Assembly: GCA_033581555.1 (NCBI GenBank)
Contig: JAVQSZ010000002.1
Location: 1 to 64,000, forward strand
Direction: 5' to 3'
Source of the DNA: Nitrososphaerota archaeon
Lineage (GTDB): Archaea; Thermoproteota; Nitrososphaeria_A; Caldarchaeales; Calditenuaceae
DNA: 64,000 nucleotides
Under the pieces are notes generated by a model. That model was not told where the DNA came from. It saw only the letters and a program-made list of their open reading frames with translations, and did not search any database. Of this stretch, positions 37,496 through 47,207 are shown one piece after another (the stretch's first letter is position 1; each line of letters opens with the position of its first letter). The translations under genes were made by a program, and so were the position numbers.

Positions 37496-38224
37496 TCAGG
37501 GTCCGACGCTCACGAGCTCACCGCCGACCTGCTCGCGCTCGACCTTCTCCTTAGGTATCGTGACCCTTACCCTGACCTTGTCGCCGTCCTTCAGCCCGAA
37601 CCTCCCCCTGAGGTAGACCGGCGAGATGACCTCTACGACGTCGTCGCCGTAGTGCGTCCGCTCGATGAACAGCACAGCGCAGAGCTCGGAGTCGTTGAAG
37701 GTCCCGCCGATCGCCTTGAGGCCGCCGTAGGTCCTGTTCCCGTTTCTAAAGCCCTCGATCCTGACGTCGGCGATCTTGCTGAGCAGCCTCCTGTTGTGTA
37801 TCGAGTCGACCGAGAGCAGTCTGACGTTCAGCGTTCCCGGGTAAGGGTCGAACCCAAGCTTCTCCCTGAACTGCCGCCTGTACTCGGGCAACGAGACGTA
37901 GTAGGCGCCCTCGCCGAAGCCCGTGAAGACCCTGCCCTCGAGCACGAAGTCCATCGGCCTCTCGATGACCGCCCTGAGGTCCGTATATAGATCCAATAGC
38001 TTGTTGAGTCCGAGTTCCGTCACCCTCACGTACGTCACCCTGCCCACGGACCGCCTCTCGATCAGCCCCTCCTTCTCGAGCCTTATCAGGATCCTAGAGG
38101 CCGACTGCTGCGAGGTCCCCAGGGCCTTAGCGAGAGCGGGGGTGGAGACCCTGACGCTATTGGAGAACCCGTTCTGTGCGTAGAGGTTCAGGAGGGCCTT
38201 GATGGCCACGAGGTTCAGGGCCAT
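37496..38224 (-). CDS. ribK: CTP-dependent riboflavin kinase with N-terminal winged HTH
   Basis: SQQSASRIL HTH, G.GEGAYYV, PYPGTLN, ERTHY, LKDGD. Confidence 0.92.
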   Translation of the reverse strand: MALNLVAIKALLNLYAQNGFSNSVRVSTPALAKALGTSQQSASRILIRLEKEGLIERRSVGRVTYVRVTELGLNKLLDLYTDLRAVIERPMDFVLEGRVFTGFGEGAYYVSLPEYRRQFREKLGFDPYPGTLNVRLLSVDSIHNRRLLSKIADVRIEGFRNGNRTYGGLKAIGGTFNDSELCAVLFIERTHYGDDVVEVISPVYLRGRFGLKDGDKVRVRVTIPKEKVEREQVGGELVSVGP

Positions 38225-38298
38225 CGCGCATAACAGCGTTATACCACCTGATATAGTTTGAACTGAGCCATGTGGGTCCGACCAGGACTGAAAGGTGC

Positions 38299-38907
38299 CT
38301 AGCTGACGGGGACGGTCTCGTCCTTCAGAATCCCGCTGCTCCCTATGAGGAGGATGTCGATGCCGTTACCGCTGCCGCTGTCCCTGGCCATGGACGCCCT
38401 GAGGGCCTTGATCGCGAGCGAGTAGATCTCCTGGGAGCCCATCTCGGGTTTGTACTCGCCCTCGAGCACGCCGACCGCGATCTCCGCGCCCGACCCGACG
38501 ACCGCGTAGTCGTCCTCGATCATCGAGCCCATCGCGTCGAGGACCAACACGTGAGGCCCCTTGTCGTCGAAGCCGCCGACGATCGCCTCGGTCAGGTAGG
38601 GGAAGTACCTGCTCCCGAAGAGGAGGTTCGACATCACCTTCGCGATCGCGGTGACGGAGGGCTGCCTCCTCTCCTCGATGACGTACAGATTCACGAGGAA
38701 CTTTACGTCCCTAATGAGGTTCTGCATGTCCGAGACTAACCCCGCGCAAGCCGCTCCTACCCTTGGGGTGACCTGGAAGACCTTCCTGACGTTCTTCGAG
38801 ACGACGAAGTAGCCGTAGGTCAGCCTCTTCTCCGAGGCCAGCACCACCGCGTCCTTACCTCTGATTCCGAGCGTCGTCGCTCCGGGGAACGGGTACTGAA
38901 ACGCCAT
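38299..38907 (-). CDS. psmB: Proteasome beta subunit (Ala at the Thr1 position, probably non-catalytic)
   Basis: PGATTLGI, GLVSDMQ, VGSGAEIA, RDSGSGNGID. Confidence 0.93.
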   Translation of the reverse strand: MAFQYPFPGATTLGIRGKDAVVLASEKRLTYGYFVVSKNVRKVFQVTPRVGAACAGLVSDMQNLIRDVKFLVNLYVIEERRQPSVTAIAKVMSNLLFGSRYFPYLTEAIVGGFDDKGPHVLVLDAMGSMIEDDYAVVGSGAEIAVGVLEGEYKPEMGSQEIYSLAIKALRASMARDSGSGNGIDILLIGSSGILKDETVPVS

Positions 38908-39034
38908 GCCCTGAGCGACAGAGCTTCGCTCGTTATATTAAGGTACGTTCCCTATACAGGAGCCAGAGGCCGAGTCCGATCCCATCTCTGAGCTCCCAAG
39001 CTTAAATCACGGTGAGATCTGGTAGGGCCGAGGG

Positions 39035-40189
39035 ATGCTGATCCCGAGGAGCTCCATCGGTTACATGAACCAGGTCTTCGAGAACGTCTCACAGGTCAAC
39101 TGGGAGGAGGCCGCGGCGCTATACGCGTCGCTAAGGGGGGCAGGCGTCATCGTGCTCAACGGCGAGGGGAGGAGCAAGGGCGCCCTGAACATCGTCTGCT
39201 CCGAGATCGCGAAGATGAGGGGAGGGAAGGTCGTGATGGACAGGGCTGACGTCGGCTTCCCCGACCGGGACATGGACGGCGCAGCGCCGATCCTCTGGGA
39301 GCGCTACGGCAAGCTCTCGCTTCTGGTCCTCTCGGGGAGCGGGAGGTCGCTGGTGCCTCTGGTGGACGCCCAGAAGCTCGCGCTCTACATCACCAGGACC
39401 GGAAGGAGGAGGGAGTTCAGCGTCGACGTCGTCACGAGCGACCCGAACTCTCCGCTCGGGAGGCTCGGGAGGGACTTCGGGACCTGCCTGACCGTGAAGG
39501 GCCGCGAGATCGACGAGGACGCTGTCGACACGTCAGCCTTCAAGTCCGTCGGGATCCTCGAGGACGTCTTCATCTTAGGCGCCAGCCTCGTCCTACAGGC
39601 GATAGCCGAGTCCCTCTACACCGGCAGGCCCTACGAGATCAGGGAGAGGGTCCAGAGGCTGATGAACGAGACCAACGGCGTCATCGAGGCATTCGTGGGC
39701 AGCGACTTCACCAAGACGCTAGTGGAGCTCCTGGAGAGGAGGAACCTCGCGTTCTTCGCGGGACTCGGGAGCGGAAGGGAGGTGGGCAGGATGATAGCCG
39801 TGAGGCTGGGACACGTAAAGAGGGCGATCGGCGACCAGGTCTACGTCGCGGGGGAGTCGAGCACGCCGCCGCCAAGGGCAGGGGACGTCCTCCTCGTGAT
39901 CTCCTACAGCGGCGAAACCGAAGTCGTGATCTCCTGGTGCAGGAACTTCAAGAAGCTCGGGGGGACCGTGCTCTCGATAGTCGGGAGGAGCAACACGACG
40001 CTCGAGTCGCTCTCGGACCACACCTTCAGGATCGAGACGAACGCCGAGCCAGGCGCGCCGAACGACTTCTACATCAAGGCCGCGTTCGCGACCAGCCCCG
40101 TCCCGATCCTATTGGTCGAGAGGCTGCAGGAGAGGGGGCTTAAGCTACCGGAGTACATACTCAGGTGGTACCACAGCATCACGGGCTAA
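39035..40189 (+). CDS. Tandem SIS-domain protein (6-phospho-3-hexuloisomerase-like)
   Basis: NGEGRS/LSGSG in the first half; AGLGSG/ISYSGET in the second half. Confidence 0.7.
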   Translation: MLIPRSSIGYMNQVFENVSQVNWEEAAALYASLRGAGVIVLNGEGRSKGALNIVCSEIAKMRGGKVVMDRADVGFPDRDMDGAAPILWERYGKLSLLVLSGSGRSLVPLVDAQKLALYITRTGRRREFSVDVVTSDPNSPLGRLGRDFGTCLTVKGREIDEDAVDTSAFKSVGILEDVFILGASLVLQAIAESLYTGRPYEIRERVQRLMNETNGVIEAFVGSDFTKTLVELLERRNLAFFAGLGSGREVGRMIAVRLGHVKRAIGDQVYVAGESSTPPPRAGDVLLVISYSGETEVVISWCRNFKKLGGTVLSIVGRSNTTLESLSDHTFRIETNAEPGAPNDFYIKAAFATSPVPILLVERLQERGLKLPEYILRWYHSITG

Positions 40190-40204
40190 CGCAGGTCAAG
40201 TGCC

Positions 40205-40645
40205 TCAGCCCCTTTCGACGATCTTCCTGAGGTTGTCTATTATCTCGGTCACCTTCTCCTTCGTCACGCTCTCGATCAACCTCCCGCCTACGCTCGCCGC
40301 CAGTCCGCCGACCGTGAGGTCCGCTGCCCACTTGACCCTCGACCCCCTCTCGGACGGCTCCACTTGGGCGTCGATCCTCACGTTGACCGTCGACTGAAGC
40401 CCGCTCCCCTTCCCCACGACCGCAACCCTGCTGTAGGGCGTGACGTCCTCGTACCTGAAGTCGACCTTCATGTTCCCCTTTATCGGACCGAGGGAGATCA
40501 CGAACTCGACGGCGAACTGCCTCTCGTCGATCACGGTGACCTTTCTGACGTCGGGGATCGCCTTGCTGAACTGCCTCGGGTCGCTGGCCACCTTGAAGAA
40601 CTTCTCGGGCGGTGCGTTAAGCTCGAAGGAACCCTCGAACTTCAC
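40205..40645 (-). CDS. CoxG/SRPBCC-family protein
   Basis: KFEGSFEL.AP, LGPIKG, GGLAASVGGRLI; GTG start chosen. Confidence 0.8.
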   Translation of the reverse strand: MKFEGSFELNAPPEKFFKVASDPRQFSKAIPDVRKVTVIDERQFAVEFVISLGPIKGNMKVDFRYEDVTPYSRVAVVGKGSGLQSTVNVRIDAQVEPSERGSRVKWAADLTVGGLAASVGGRLIESVTKEKVTEIIDNLRKIVERG

Positions 40646-40759
40646 GCCGCAGCCCCGATCGAACCCGATTAAAACCTGAGCGCCGACCCGCGAACCTCTC
40701 AAGACCGGACCCACGTTCACCAGTTCAATTTATTATCGACGAGTAGGAGAGGATCCCGA

Positions 40760-41668
40760 ATGGTCACGCTGAAGGAGGTGCTGGGCCCCCTCTGGACGGC
40801 GGCCAAGCACGTCTTCGCGAAGCCTTACACGTTCAAGTACCCATACGAGAGGGTTCCGAGCGCGCTCCAGGAGAACTACAGGTACGACCCCAAGGCCGGG
40901 ATCGCGTATCCGGGGTCGAAGGGAAGGCACCTTCTGAGGCTCGACAAGTGCACCGGATGCAGCCTCTGCGACATCGCCTGTCAGAACATCGCCGAGGCGA
41001 TCACGATGGTCTACGCCTACGACGTCTTCCTCGAGATGGCCGAGTCGGCCTACGCGGAGCTGGGGAAGAGGGGCTCTCCCGTCACGAGGGCCGTCGACCT
41101 GATCGCGGAGGGGTTCACGAGGTACCTCTCGGACGAGTACAGGGGAGGCTTCTCGCACCCGATCCTCCCTGTGATGGTGGACCTCAAGGCCGCGACGAAG
41201 ACCCAGTCCGGGTACTCGGTGAGGCTCAACGCAGACGCGGTCTGGGCGCACGGCCTCGATCGGTTGGTCGTCAACTACCTCGAGGACCCCTTCAGGGCCC
41301 TGATCTCCGAGGGCTACGAGGTGAGGCTGGTGAAGGACGAGTCACCGGACAGGGCCGTCTACGAGCTCTCCAAGGACGGCTCCTCCGTCACCCTGCGTGT
41401 CGAGAAGAGGAACTTGAACATCCCGGTCAACAAGAAGTCCTACTTCCCCTCGGTGGACTACGGGAGGTGCGTCTTTTGTGGGTTCTGCGTCGACGCTTGC
41501 CCGTTCTACGCCCTCGAGATGACTCCGGACTTCGAGCTCTCGTCGACCTCAAGGGTCGGGCTGGTCTACAATCCAGTGGCGCTAGCGGGGCCGAAGATCT
41601 CCACGAACCCGCCCTCGATCAACCCGATCGACGCGATAATGGGTTGGCTAAGGAGGAAGCTCGGCTGA
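40760..41668 (+). CDS. nuoI: NADH-quinone oxidoreductase subunit I with a large insertion
   Basis: T.KYP, GRH, CTGCSLCDIAC, DYGRCVFCGFCVDACP, MTPDFEL. Confidence 0.88.
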   Translation: MVTLKEVLGPLWTAAKHVFAKPYTFKYPYERVPSALQENYRYDPKAGIAYPGSKGRHLLRLDKCTGCSLCDIACQNIAEAITMVYAYDVFLEMAESAYAELGKRGSPVTRAVDLIAEGFTRYLSDEYRGGFSHPILPVMVDLKAATKTQSGYSVRLNADAVWAHGLDRLVVNYLEDPFRALISEGYEVRLVKDESPDRAVYELSKDGSSVTLRVEKRNLNIPVNKKSYFPSVDYGRCVFCGFCVDACPFYALEMTPDFELSSTSRVGLVYNPVALAGPKISTNPPSINPIDAIMGWLRRKLG

Positions 41669-41672
41669 TGGG

Positions 41673-41966
41673 TCAGAGGGCCTTTCTCCAAGCTGAAGCG
41701 AAGTCCAATAGCCCCTCGAGGCTCCTCACCGTCAGCGAGATCACCCCGCTCCTCCTCTTCACCTCTTCGACGAACTCCACAAGCAAGTCCTCGTCGCACT
41801 CCAACTCCACGTAGACCTCCCTAGATTCCTCAGCGTCCCAGCCCAGGTAAAGGCCGGTCACCGAGCGCCCGAACCTCTCCAAGACATCAGAGACGACGCT
41901 CGCCGCGGCTCCACCCTCGACCTCGAGCCTCGCCACGTACCGCTTCGAGCTCCGCTCCGCAACCAC
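41673..41966 (-). CDS. ACT-like small protein
   Basis: Beta-alpha-beta-beta-alpha-beta pattern ending in GVISL. Confidence 0.5.
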   Translation of the reverse strand: MVAERSSKRYVARLEVEGGAAASVVSDVLERFGRSVTGLYLGWDAEESREVYVELECDEDLLVEFVEEVKRRSGVISLTVRSLEGLLDFASAWRKAL

Positions 41967-42022
41967 GGCACCGCGTCGGCGGCGCAGGCTTTAGCGTTGT
42001 CACAGCCCGACGGCTCAAGGGC

Positions 42023-43588
42023 CTACCCTAAGGAGCGGCGCAGCGAGGCGGCCCTGACGAGCTCCTGCCTCGGGTCGAGTCCGGTGAGGACGGAGATCGC
42101 GACGATCTCGACGGCTTTGAGGTAGACCCTGTCGGAGAGGGACCTCGGGCCGGTCTTCACCCCGAGGTTCTCCTCGACAGCGCTGAGGTCCTCGACGTAA
42201 CTCGGGACGAACCGCTCAACGAACTCGGACCCGAACGCGCTCCTCGCCTCATCCCTGTTCTCGCTGAAGAGTGAGATGCACTCCCAGCTGACCCTCCTCG
42301 CGGCGGCCTCGAGGTCCCTCCTGATGTTGACGTGCGTCTCCTTCAGGAAGTCGAACTCTTCCTCGGTCAGGGAGCTCAGCGCCCTGAGTCCGATGAACTC
42401 GGGAGGCATCCCGATCGAGTAGAGCGCGGCTGTGAACGGGATCGCCCTGGGCAGCGTTATCGACCCGACCCTCCTGCTGTAGCCGAAGAGGCCGACGTGC
42501 TGCCTCCTCGCCCTCCTGGGCGGGACGTAGGACGCGACAAGGTTGATCGCCCTCGCGGCCGCTTCCACGCTGCCCTGGAACGCCGGGACCAGCTTCGAGG
42601 CGACCCTCAGCATCAGCTCCCTGTCGACCTCCCTTGCCTCGCCGCCGGGGAGGGCAGACTTCAACCTCGAGACCGCTGTCCTCGCCTGCTCGACAGGGTA
42701 GTCGTACCTGAACGCCGATTGGACCGTGACCGTGTGGACGCCCCTGTACTCCTCCGCGAAGCCCTCGACGTTCTCGGGGGAGTTGTGGCCCCTGAACGGG
42801 AGCGACCCGGCGCCGATGATAGGGAAGATCTGTATCCCGAGTTGCTCCGATGCCCTCCTGCAGGCCCAGAGTCCGTACTTAGCGAGGAGGACCGCGACGA
42901 CGAAGCCGTAGTTCATCGCAGGGTCCGACCTGGCGAGGAAGACCCTGAGGTACTTCGGGCCCACGAGCTCCGCGTACTTCACCAGCAGCTGCTCGAGCCT
43001 CGATATCGTCCCGAGGTCCTCGACCAAGGGTATGACCCCGACCGACTCCGGCTCAATCTCGCCGACCCAGTCCGCGAGCCTAGTGCCCTGGAAGTCGATT
43101 CGTTCCTTCAGGGGAGCGGCCACGGCCTTTCTGTAGCTCTCCCCGACCCTGAGGAGCTCGACGTGGCTGGTGGTGAAGGGCAGGATCACCTCGAAGACCG
43201 CGGGAGGGCCCTCGTCGCCGTAGAAGGCCCTCGCGACGTCGTTGTGCCTAGGGATCGACTGGAGCGTCTCGAGGAAGACCTTCCGCTCGACGACCTCGAT
43301 GGAGGGGTTCGGGAGCCTGAAGGTGAGGAAGACCTCCTTCCCGAGCCTCTTGGACCTGAAGTAGTCCGGGTACGACGTGATCAGCTTCCTCAGTACGTGC
43401 GGGTCAATGTCCTTCCCCTCAGCGTCCCACATCACCTCGTCCGCGCCGTACTCCGCGTAGGCCCAGTAGACCTCGACGACCTCGTCCTCCCCCGCGATCA
43501 TCGGGTCGCTCGACCACGGAGGCGCCGAGACGTGGTCCGGGTGCTGCGAGGCCATTGCCCTAGGTATTGGCCTCTCGACCTCCCGCAT
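42023..43588 (-). CDS. ppcA: Archaeal phosphoenolpyruvate carboxylase
   Basis: PRAMASQHPD, MWDAEGK, FLARSDPAMNYG, GSLPFRG, PRAIPFT. Confidence 0.95.
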   Translation of the reverse strand: MREVERPIPRAMASQHPDHVSAPPWSSDPMIAGEDEVVEVYWAYAEYGADEVMWDAEGKDIDPHVLRKLITSYPDYFRSKRLGKEVFLTFRLPNPSIEVVERKVFLETLQSIPRHNDVARAFYGDEGPPAVFEVILPFTTSHVELLRVGESYRKAVAAPLKERIDFQGTRLADWVGEIEPESVGVIPLVEDLGTISRLEQLLVKYAELVGPKYLRVFLARSDPAMNYGFVVAVLLAKYGLWACRRASEQLGIQIFPIIGAGSLPFRGHNSPENVEGFAEEYRGVHTVTVQSAFRYDYPVEQARTAVSRLKSALPGGEAREVDRELMLRVASKLVPAFQGSVEAAARAINLVASYVPPRRARRQHVGLFGYSRRVGSITLPRAIPFTAALYSIGMPPEFIGLRALSSLTEEEFDFLKETHVNIRRDLEAAARRVSWECISLFSENRDEARSAFGSEFVERFVPSYVEDLSAVEENLGVKTGPRSLSDRVYLKAVEIVAISVLTGLDPRQELVRAASLRRSLG

Positions 43589-43636
43589 CCCCTTGAAGCG
43601 ACGCGCCTCGGGTTAGATTTTTAGGATGGGCCCGAG

Positions 43637-44512
43637 GTGGGCGGGCGGGATTTGCGGGAGATCCCGATAAGGGAGCTCGAGATCGACGCAGAGCTCATCG
43701 CAGAGTACCTCTCGAGGCGGCTGAGGCAGTACGTCTTCGAACACGCAGGGAAGTCGGGGGGCGTGGTCGGGCTGAGCGGGGGACTGGACTCGACCGTGAC
43801 CGCGTACATCGCGGCTAGGGCCTTGGGGCCGGAGAGGGTCAGGTGCCTGATACTCCCGACCTCGGTGACGCCTGAGGAGGACCTGATGGACGCCCTGACG
43901 GTCGTCAAGGAGCTCTCGATCCCCGAGTCCAACTACAGAATCATCGACGTGGACCACGTGGTCGAGGAGATATCCGCGAGGGCTGACGTTGCGGACAGGG
44001 TGGTCAGGGGCAACATCGCCGCGAGGGTGAGGATGGTCTTCCTCCACGCGGTCGCCGCGAGCACGGACAGCCTCGTCATCGGGACCAGCGACAAGTCCGA
44101 GCTGACGATCGGTTACTTCACCAAGTACGGCGACGCCGGGGTCGACGTGATGCCCATCGCGGACCTCTACAAGACGCAGGTGAGGCAGCTGGGGATGTAC
44201 CTCGGGATACCGGAAAGGGTCCTGACGAAGCCGCCTTCTCCTAGGCTCTGGAGGGACCACCTGGCGGTCGACGAAATCGGGATGAGCTACGAGCTGCTCG
44301 ACAGCATCCTCTACCTGAGGTTCGACATGTGGATGGATTCCGAGAGGGTGGCGGAGGAGCTGGGCGTGGACGCCTCGCTAGTGGAGAGGGTCGAGAGGAT
44401 GGTCAGGTCGAGCCAGCACAAGAGGATGATGCCCGAAGTCTTCAGGATTGGGTTCAGGTCGCACGGCTCCGACTGGCGCTACCCGAGGGAGTGGCAACCG
44501 GTCAGTAGATAG
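43637..44512 (+). CDS. nadE: NH3-dependent NAD+ synthetase
   Basis: GLSGGLDS, NIAARVRM, GYFTKYGD, LYKTQV, SQHKR. Confidence 0.95.
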   Translation: MGGRDLREIPIRELEIDAELIAEYLSRRLRQYVFEHAGKSGGVVGLSGGLDSTVTAYIAARALGPERVRCLILPTSVTPEEDLMDALTVVKELSIPESNYRIIDVDHVVEEISARADVADRVVRGNIAARVRMVFLHAVAASTDSLVIGTSDKSELTIGYFTKYGDAGVDVMPIADLYKTQVRQLGMYLGIPERVLTKPPSPRLWRDHLAVDEIGMSYELLDSILYLRFDMWMDSERVAEELGVDASLVERVERMVRSSQHKRMMPEVFRIGFRSHGSDWRYPREWQPVSR

Positions 44513-45716
44513 GACCCGCGACCCGGAGCTTCCTGGTCCTGGACCTCACGAAGAGGGCGATCCCGAGGACGACCGCTACCACCGAGCCGACCGAACCGGC
44601 CGCGAGGCCGACGAGCTGCTCGAAGGTGAGCGGGATGCCCCCGATCTCGAGGTAGACCGGGAGCCTCAGCTCAACCGACCCGCGCCTCACGGCCTCCGGC
44701 GAGAGCTCCCTGACCTCAGAGAGGCCCTTGTACTCGACCCTTAGGAAGTGCTTGACCGGTATGACCCTGCTGAGCCTCGCGACGCCTCCCTGGTCCGCGA
44801 AGGCGGTACCGACCTCGTGCCCTTCCCTCACGAGCGAGGCCTTTGCCCCCTGAAGCGGCTGGCCGTTCGCGCCGAGCACGGAGACCGTCAGCTCGTAGAC
44901 CGACGCGGTCACGGTGAAGGACCTGACCTCCCTACTGAGCAGGAGGACCTCGCTGGCGACCTCATAGCCCTCGTAAGTCACGGTCACCGGGAGGCTGTTC
45001 GGCCCCTCGGGCCCCTCCAGCGGCACCCTCCTCAGGACGACCGCTCCTCCCTCGTCGGTCGCGGAGCTCACGCCCATCGCCCTCAAGACCGCACCGCCCA
45101 GCCCCTTGCCCCTCCTGTCGATCACGGAGACCCTCACGTCGCCGACCGGGAGCACGACGGCGCCCCTCCTGCTCAGGTCATCGCCGGACCCCGCTCCCAC
45201 GCCGAAGGCTTTCCTGTTGTAGACCCTGCTCTCCCACTCGACCGATATCGTGTAGTGAAGCGTCCTCAGCGCGTTCCTTAAGACGATCGAGCTCCCTACG
45301 ACCCTAACTTCGCCGAGCGCGTCCGGAGGCTCGACCCTGACCGCGAAGGGCCCCGGCAGCTCTGCGCCGCTCAGGTCGACGACCCTCAGCGCGAAGTCGA
45401 AGAACGGCAGCTCGATCGTCTCGACGACGTTCTCGACGTTGACAGCGACGGCCCTTGAGGCGATCAGGTGGGACCTCCAGTACACGGAGACCCTGTAGAC
45501 GCCCCTGACGACCCCGGAGAGCGTGACCGAGGCCCTCCCCTCGTAGGTGAGCGTCCCCATCGGCCCCTCGATCACGACCCTCAGCTCGTTGACGACGTGC
45601 TCGGCGTTCAGGACGCTGACGACCAGTGACGGGGACGAGGACGCGGGCTGGAGGTGCGACGAGAGGAGGAGGGCGGCCGCGAGCGCGAGGGCTGTTACGA
45701 TCGATCCGCGAGCCAA
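44502..45716 (-). CDS. Membrane-anchored surface protein with carboxypeptidase-regulatory-like beta-sandwich repeats
   Basis: Signal peptide, repeated V.V.D..G..L.GA motifs, C-terminal TM and basic tail. Confidence 0.7.
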   Translation of the reverse strand: MARGSIVTALALAAALLLSSHLQPASSSPSLVVSVLNAEHVVNELRVVIEGPMGTLTYEGRASVTLSGVVRGVYRVSVYWRSHLIASRAVAVNVENVVETIELPFFDFALRVVDLSGAELPGPFAVRVEPPDALGEVRVVGSSIVLRNALRTLHYTISVEWESRVYNRKAFGVGAGSGDDLSRRGAVVLPVGDVRVSVIDRRGKGLGGAVLRAMGVSSATDEGGAVVLRRVPLEGPEGPNSLPVTVTYEGYEVASEVLLLSREVRSFTVTASVYELTVSVLGANGQPLQGAKASLVREGHEVGTAFADQGGVARLSRVIPVKHFLRVEYKGLSEVRELSPEAVRRGSVELRLPVYLEIGGIPLTFEQLVGLAAGSVGSVVAVVLGIALFVRSRTRKLRVAGPIY

Positions 45717-45717
45717 C

Positions 45718-46527
45718 TCAGACCCTCACCCCGGCCCTCGAGAGCGAGGAGCTCGTGACCAAAGCCGCGAGTGCTACGAGGACGGTCATTGCGCCGGGCG
45801 GGAATCCGACGTGATAGGAGAGCGTGACCCCGGCGAAGACCGACGCTTGTGCGATCGCGATCGAGAGCGCCAGGCACCGCTTCATCGACGTGGCGAGGCT
45901 CGAGGCGGCGGCCACCGGTATTATGGTCAGCGCGGTTACCATCAGGACCCCGAGAAGCCTTATCGAGCTCACCACGGCCATCGACGCGAGGACCGCCAGC
46001 AGAACCTCGACGTATTCGGGCCTGTGACCCCTGAGCCTGACGAGCTCGCTGCTGAGGACGTAGAGCTGGAGGGCCCTGTACCGGAGCGCGAGGGTCCCCA
46101 GGACAACCCCTAGTACGACGGTCGCGGACGCGATCTCCTCCCACCCGACCAGCAGGATCGAGCCGAAGAGTATCCCCTGGACGCTGAGCCTCGACCCGAG
46201 GCTGTAGGCGATCGAGGCGGTGGCTGCCCCGAGGGCGAGGAAGATCGCCGCGGCCGTATCGCCCGAGAAGCCCAGGGACCTGACCATCCAGAGTACCCCG
46301 AGCACGGCGAGCGCGGTCACACCGTACAGCAGGAGGTCCTGGGACGCGACGTCAAGGAGGGCCGCGGCTGCCAGAGCCCCGAAGGTCACGTGGGCCGCGG
46401 TGTCCCCGATCATCGAGAGCCTCTTCGGGACCACGAAGTTACCGACCACCGGGAGGATCACCGCGACCAGGACGCCGGCGACGTAGGCCCTCAGCATGAA
46501 GCCCTCGAGCGGCGGTAGCAAGCCCAC
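45718..46527 (-). CDS. Metal (Zn/Mn) ABC transporter permease, ZnuB-like
   Basis: SMIGDTAAH, LFGSIL, GVLMV.AL..IP. Confidence 0.88.
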   Translation of the reverse strand: MGLLPPLEGFMLRAYVAGVLVAVILPVVGNFVVPKRLSMIGDTAAHVTFGALAAAALLDVASQDLLLYGVTALAVLGVLWMVRSLGFSGDTAAAIFLALGAATASIAYSLGSRLSVQGILFGSILLVGWEEIASATVVLGVVLGTLALRYRALQLYVLSSELVRLRGHRPEYVEVLLAVLASMAVVSSIRLLGVLMVTALTIIPVAAASSLATSMKRCLALSIAIAQASVFAGVTLSYHVGFPPGAMTVLVALAALVTSSSLSRAGVRV

Positions 46528-46634
46528 ACTGACCCCAGTGTTCAGTCCGGGCTGGGCGTAATTTCCCTTTCCGGCCCAAGATAGCGATCGGGTCTAATGC
46601 TTGAATAGCGAGGCGCGGGAGACCCGGTGGAGCC

Positions 46635-47207
46635 ATGGCGGGACACGAGCAGGTCTTCTACGTCACGGTGCCCCCGGAGAGGCTCGCGGTCCTGATAGGG
46701 CCGGGGGGATCGACGAAGAAGGCCATCGAGGACCGGCTGGGGGTGCTGCTGAACGTCGACAGCTCCGACGGCAGGGTCGAGATAAGGCTCGCTAGGCCTC
46801 CGTCCGAAGGAGGGGACCCGGTCGCGCTCTTCAAGGCGAGGGATATGGTGACCGCGATAGCCAGCGGCTTCAAGCCCGAGGTCGCTATGAAGCTCGCCAG
46901 CGACAACGTCACGCTCTCGGTGATGGACGTCTCCGAGCACGTCGGTAAGGACCCTGAGGACGTCAGGAGGGTCATGGGCAGGGTGATCGGCGCGCAGGGG
47001 AAGACTAAGAGGATCATCGAGGAGACGGCCCACGTCGACGTCGCGATTCAGGGCGATAGGGTCGCGATAATGGGGCACCCGGAGGACGTGGAGGCAGCGA
47101 TGAGAGCGGTGACTATGCTGGTCCAAGGGTCCCCTCACAGCGCGGTCTACAGGTACCTCGACCAGTACGCCCAGAGGAGAAAGTTCAGCAGGCGCGGCCT
47201 ACTTTGA
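46635..47207 (+). CDS. KH-domain rRNA-processing protein (Pno1/Dim2-like)
   Basis: LIGPGG and GRVIGAQGKT KH loops, GSPHSAVY.YL. Confidence 0.9.
   Translation: MAGHEQVFYVTVPPERLAVLIGPGGSTKKAIEDRLGVLLNVDSSDGRVEIRLARPPSEGGDPVALFKARDMVTAIASGFKPEVAMKLASDNVTLSVMDVSEHVGKDPEDVRRVMGRVIGAQGKTKRIIEETAHVDVAIQGDRVAIMGHPEDVEAAMRAVTMLVQGSPHSAVYRYLDQYAQRRKFSRRGLL

Noticed and set aside
41015-41410. NuoI insertion as an intein or intron
   Set aside because: There is no N-terminal Cys/Ser block, no His-Asn end and no LAGLIDADG motif; it is in frame with host codon usage.
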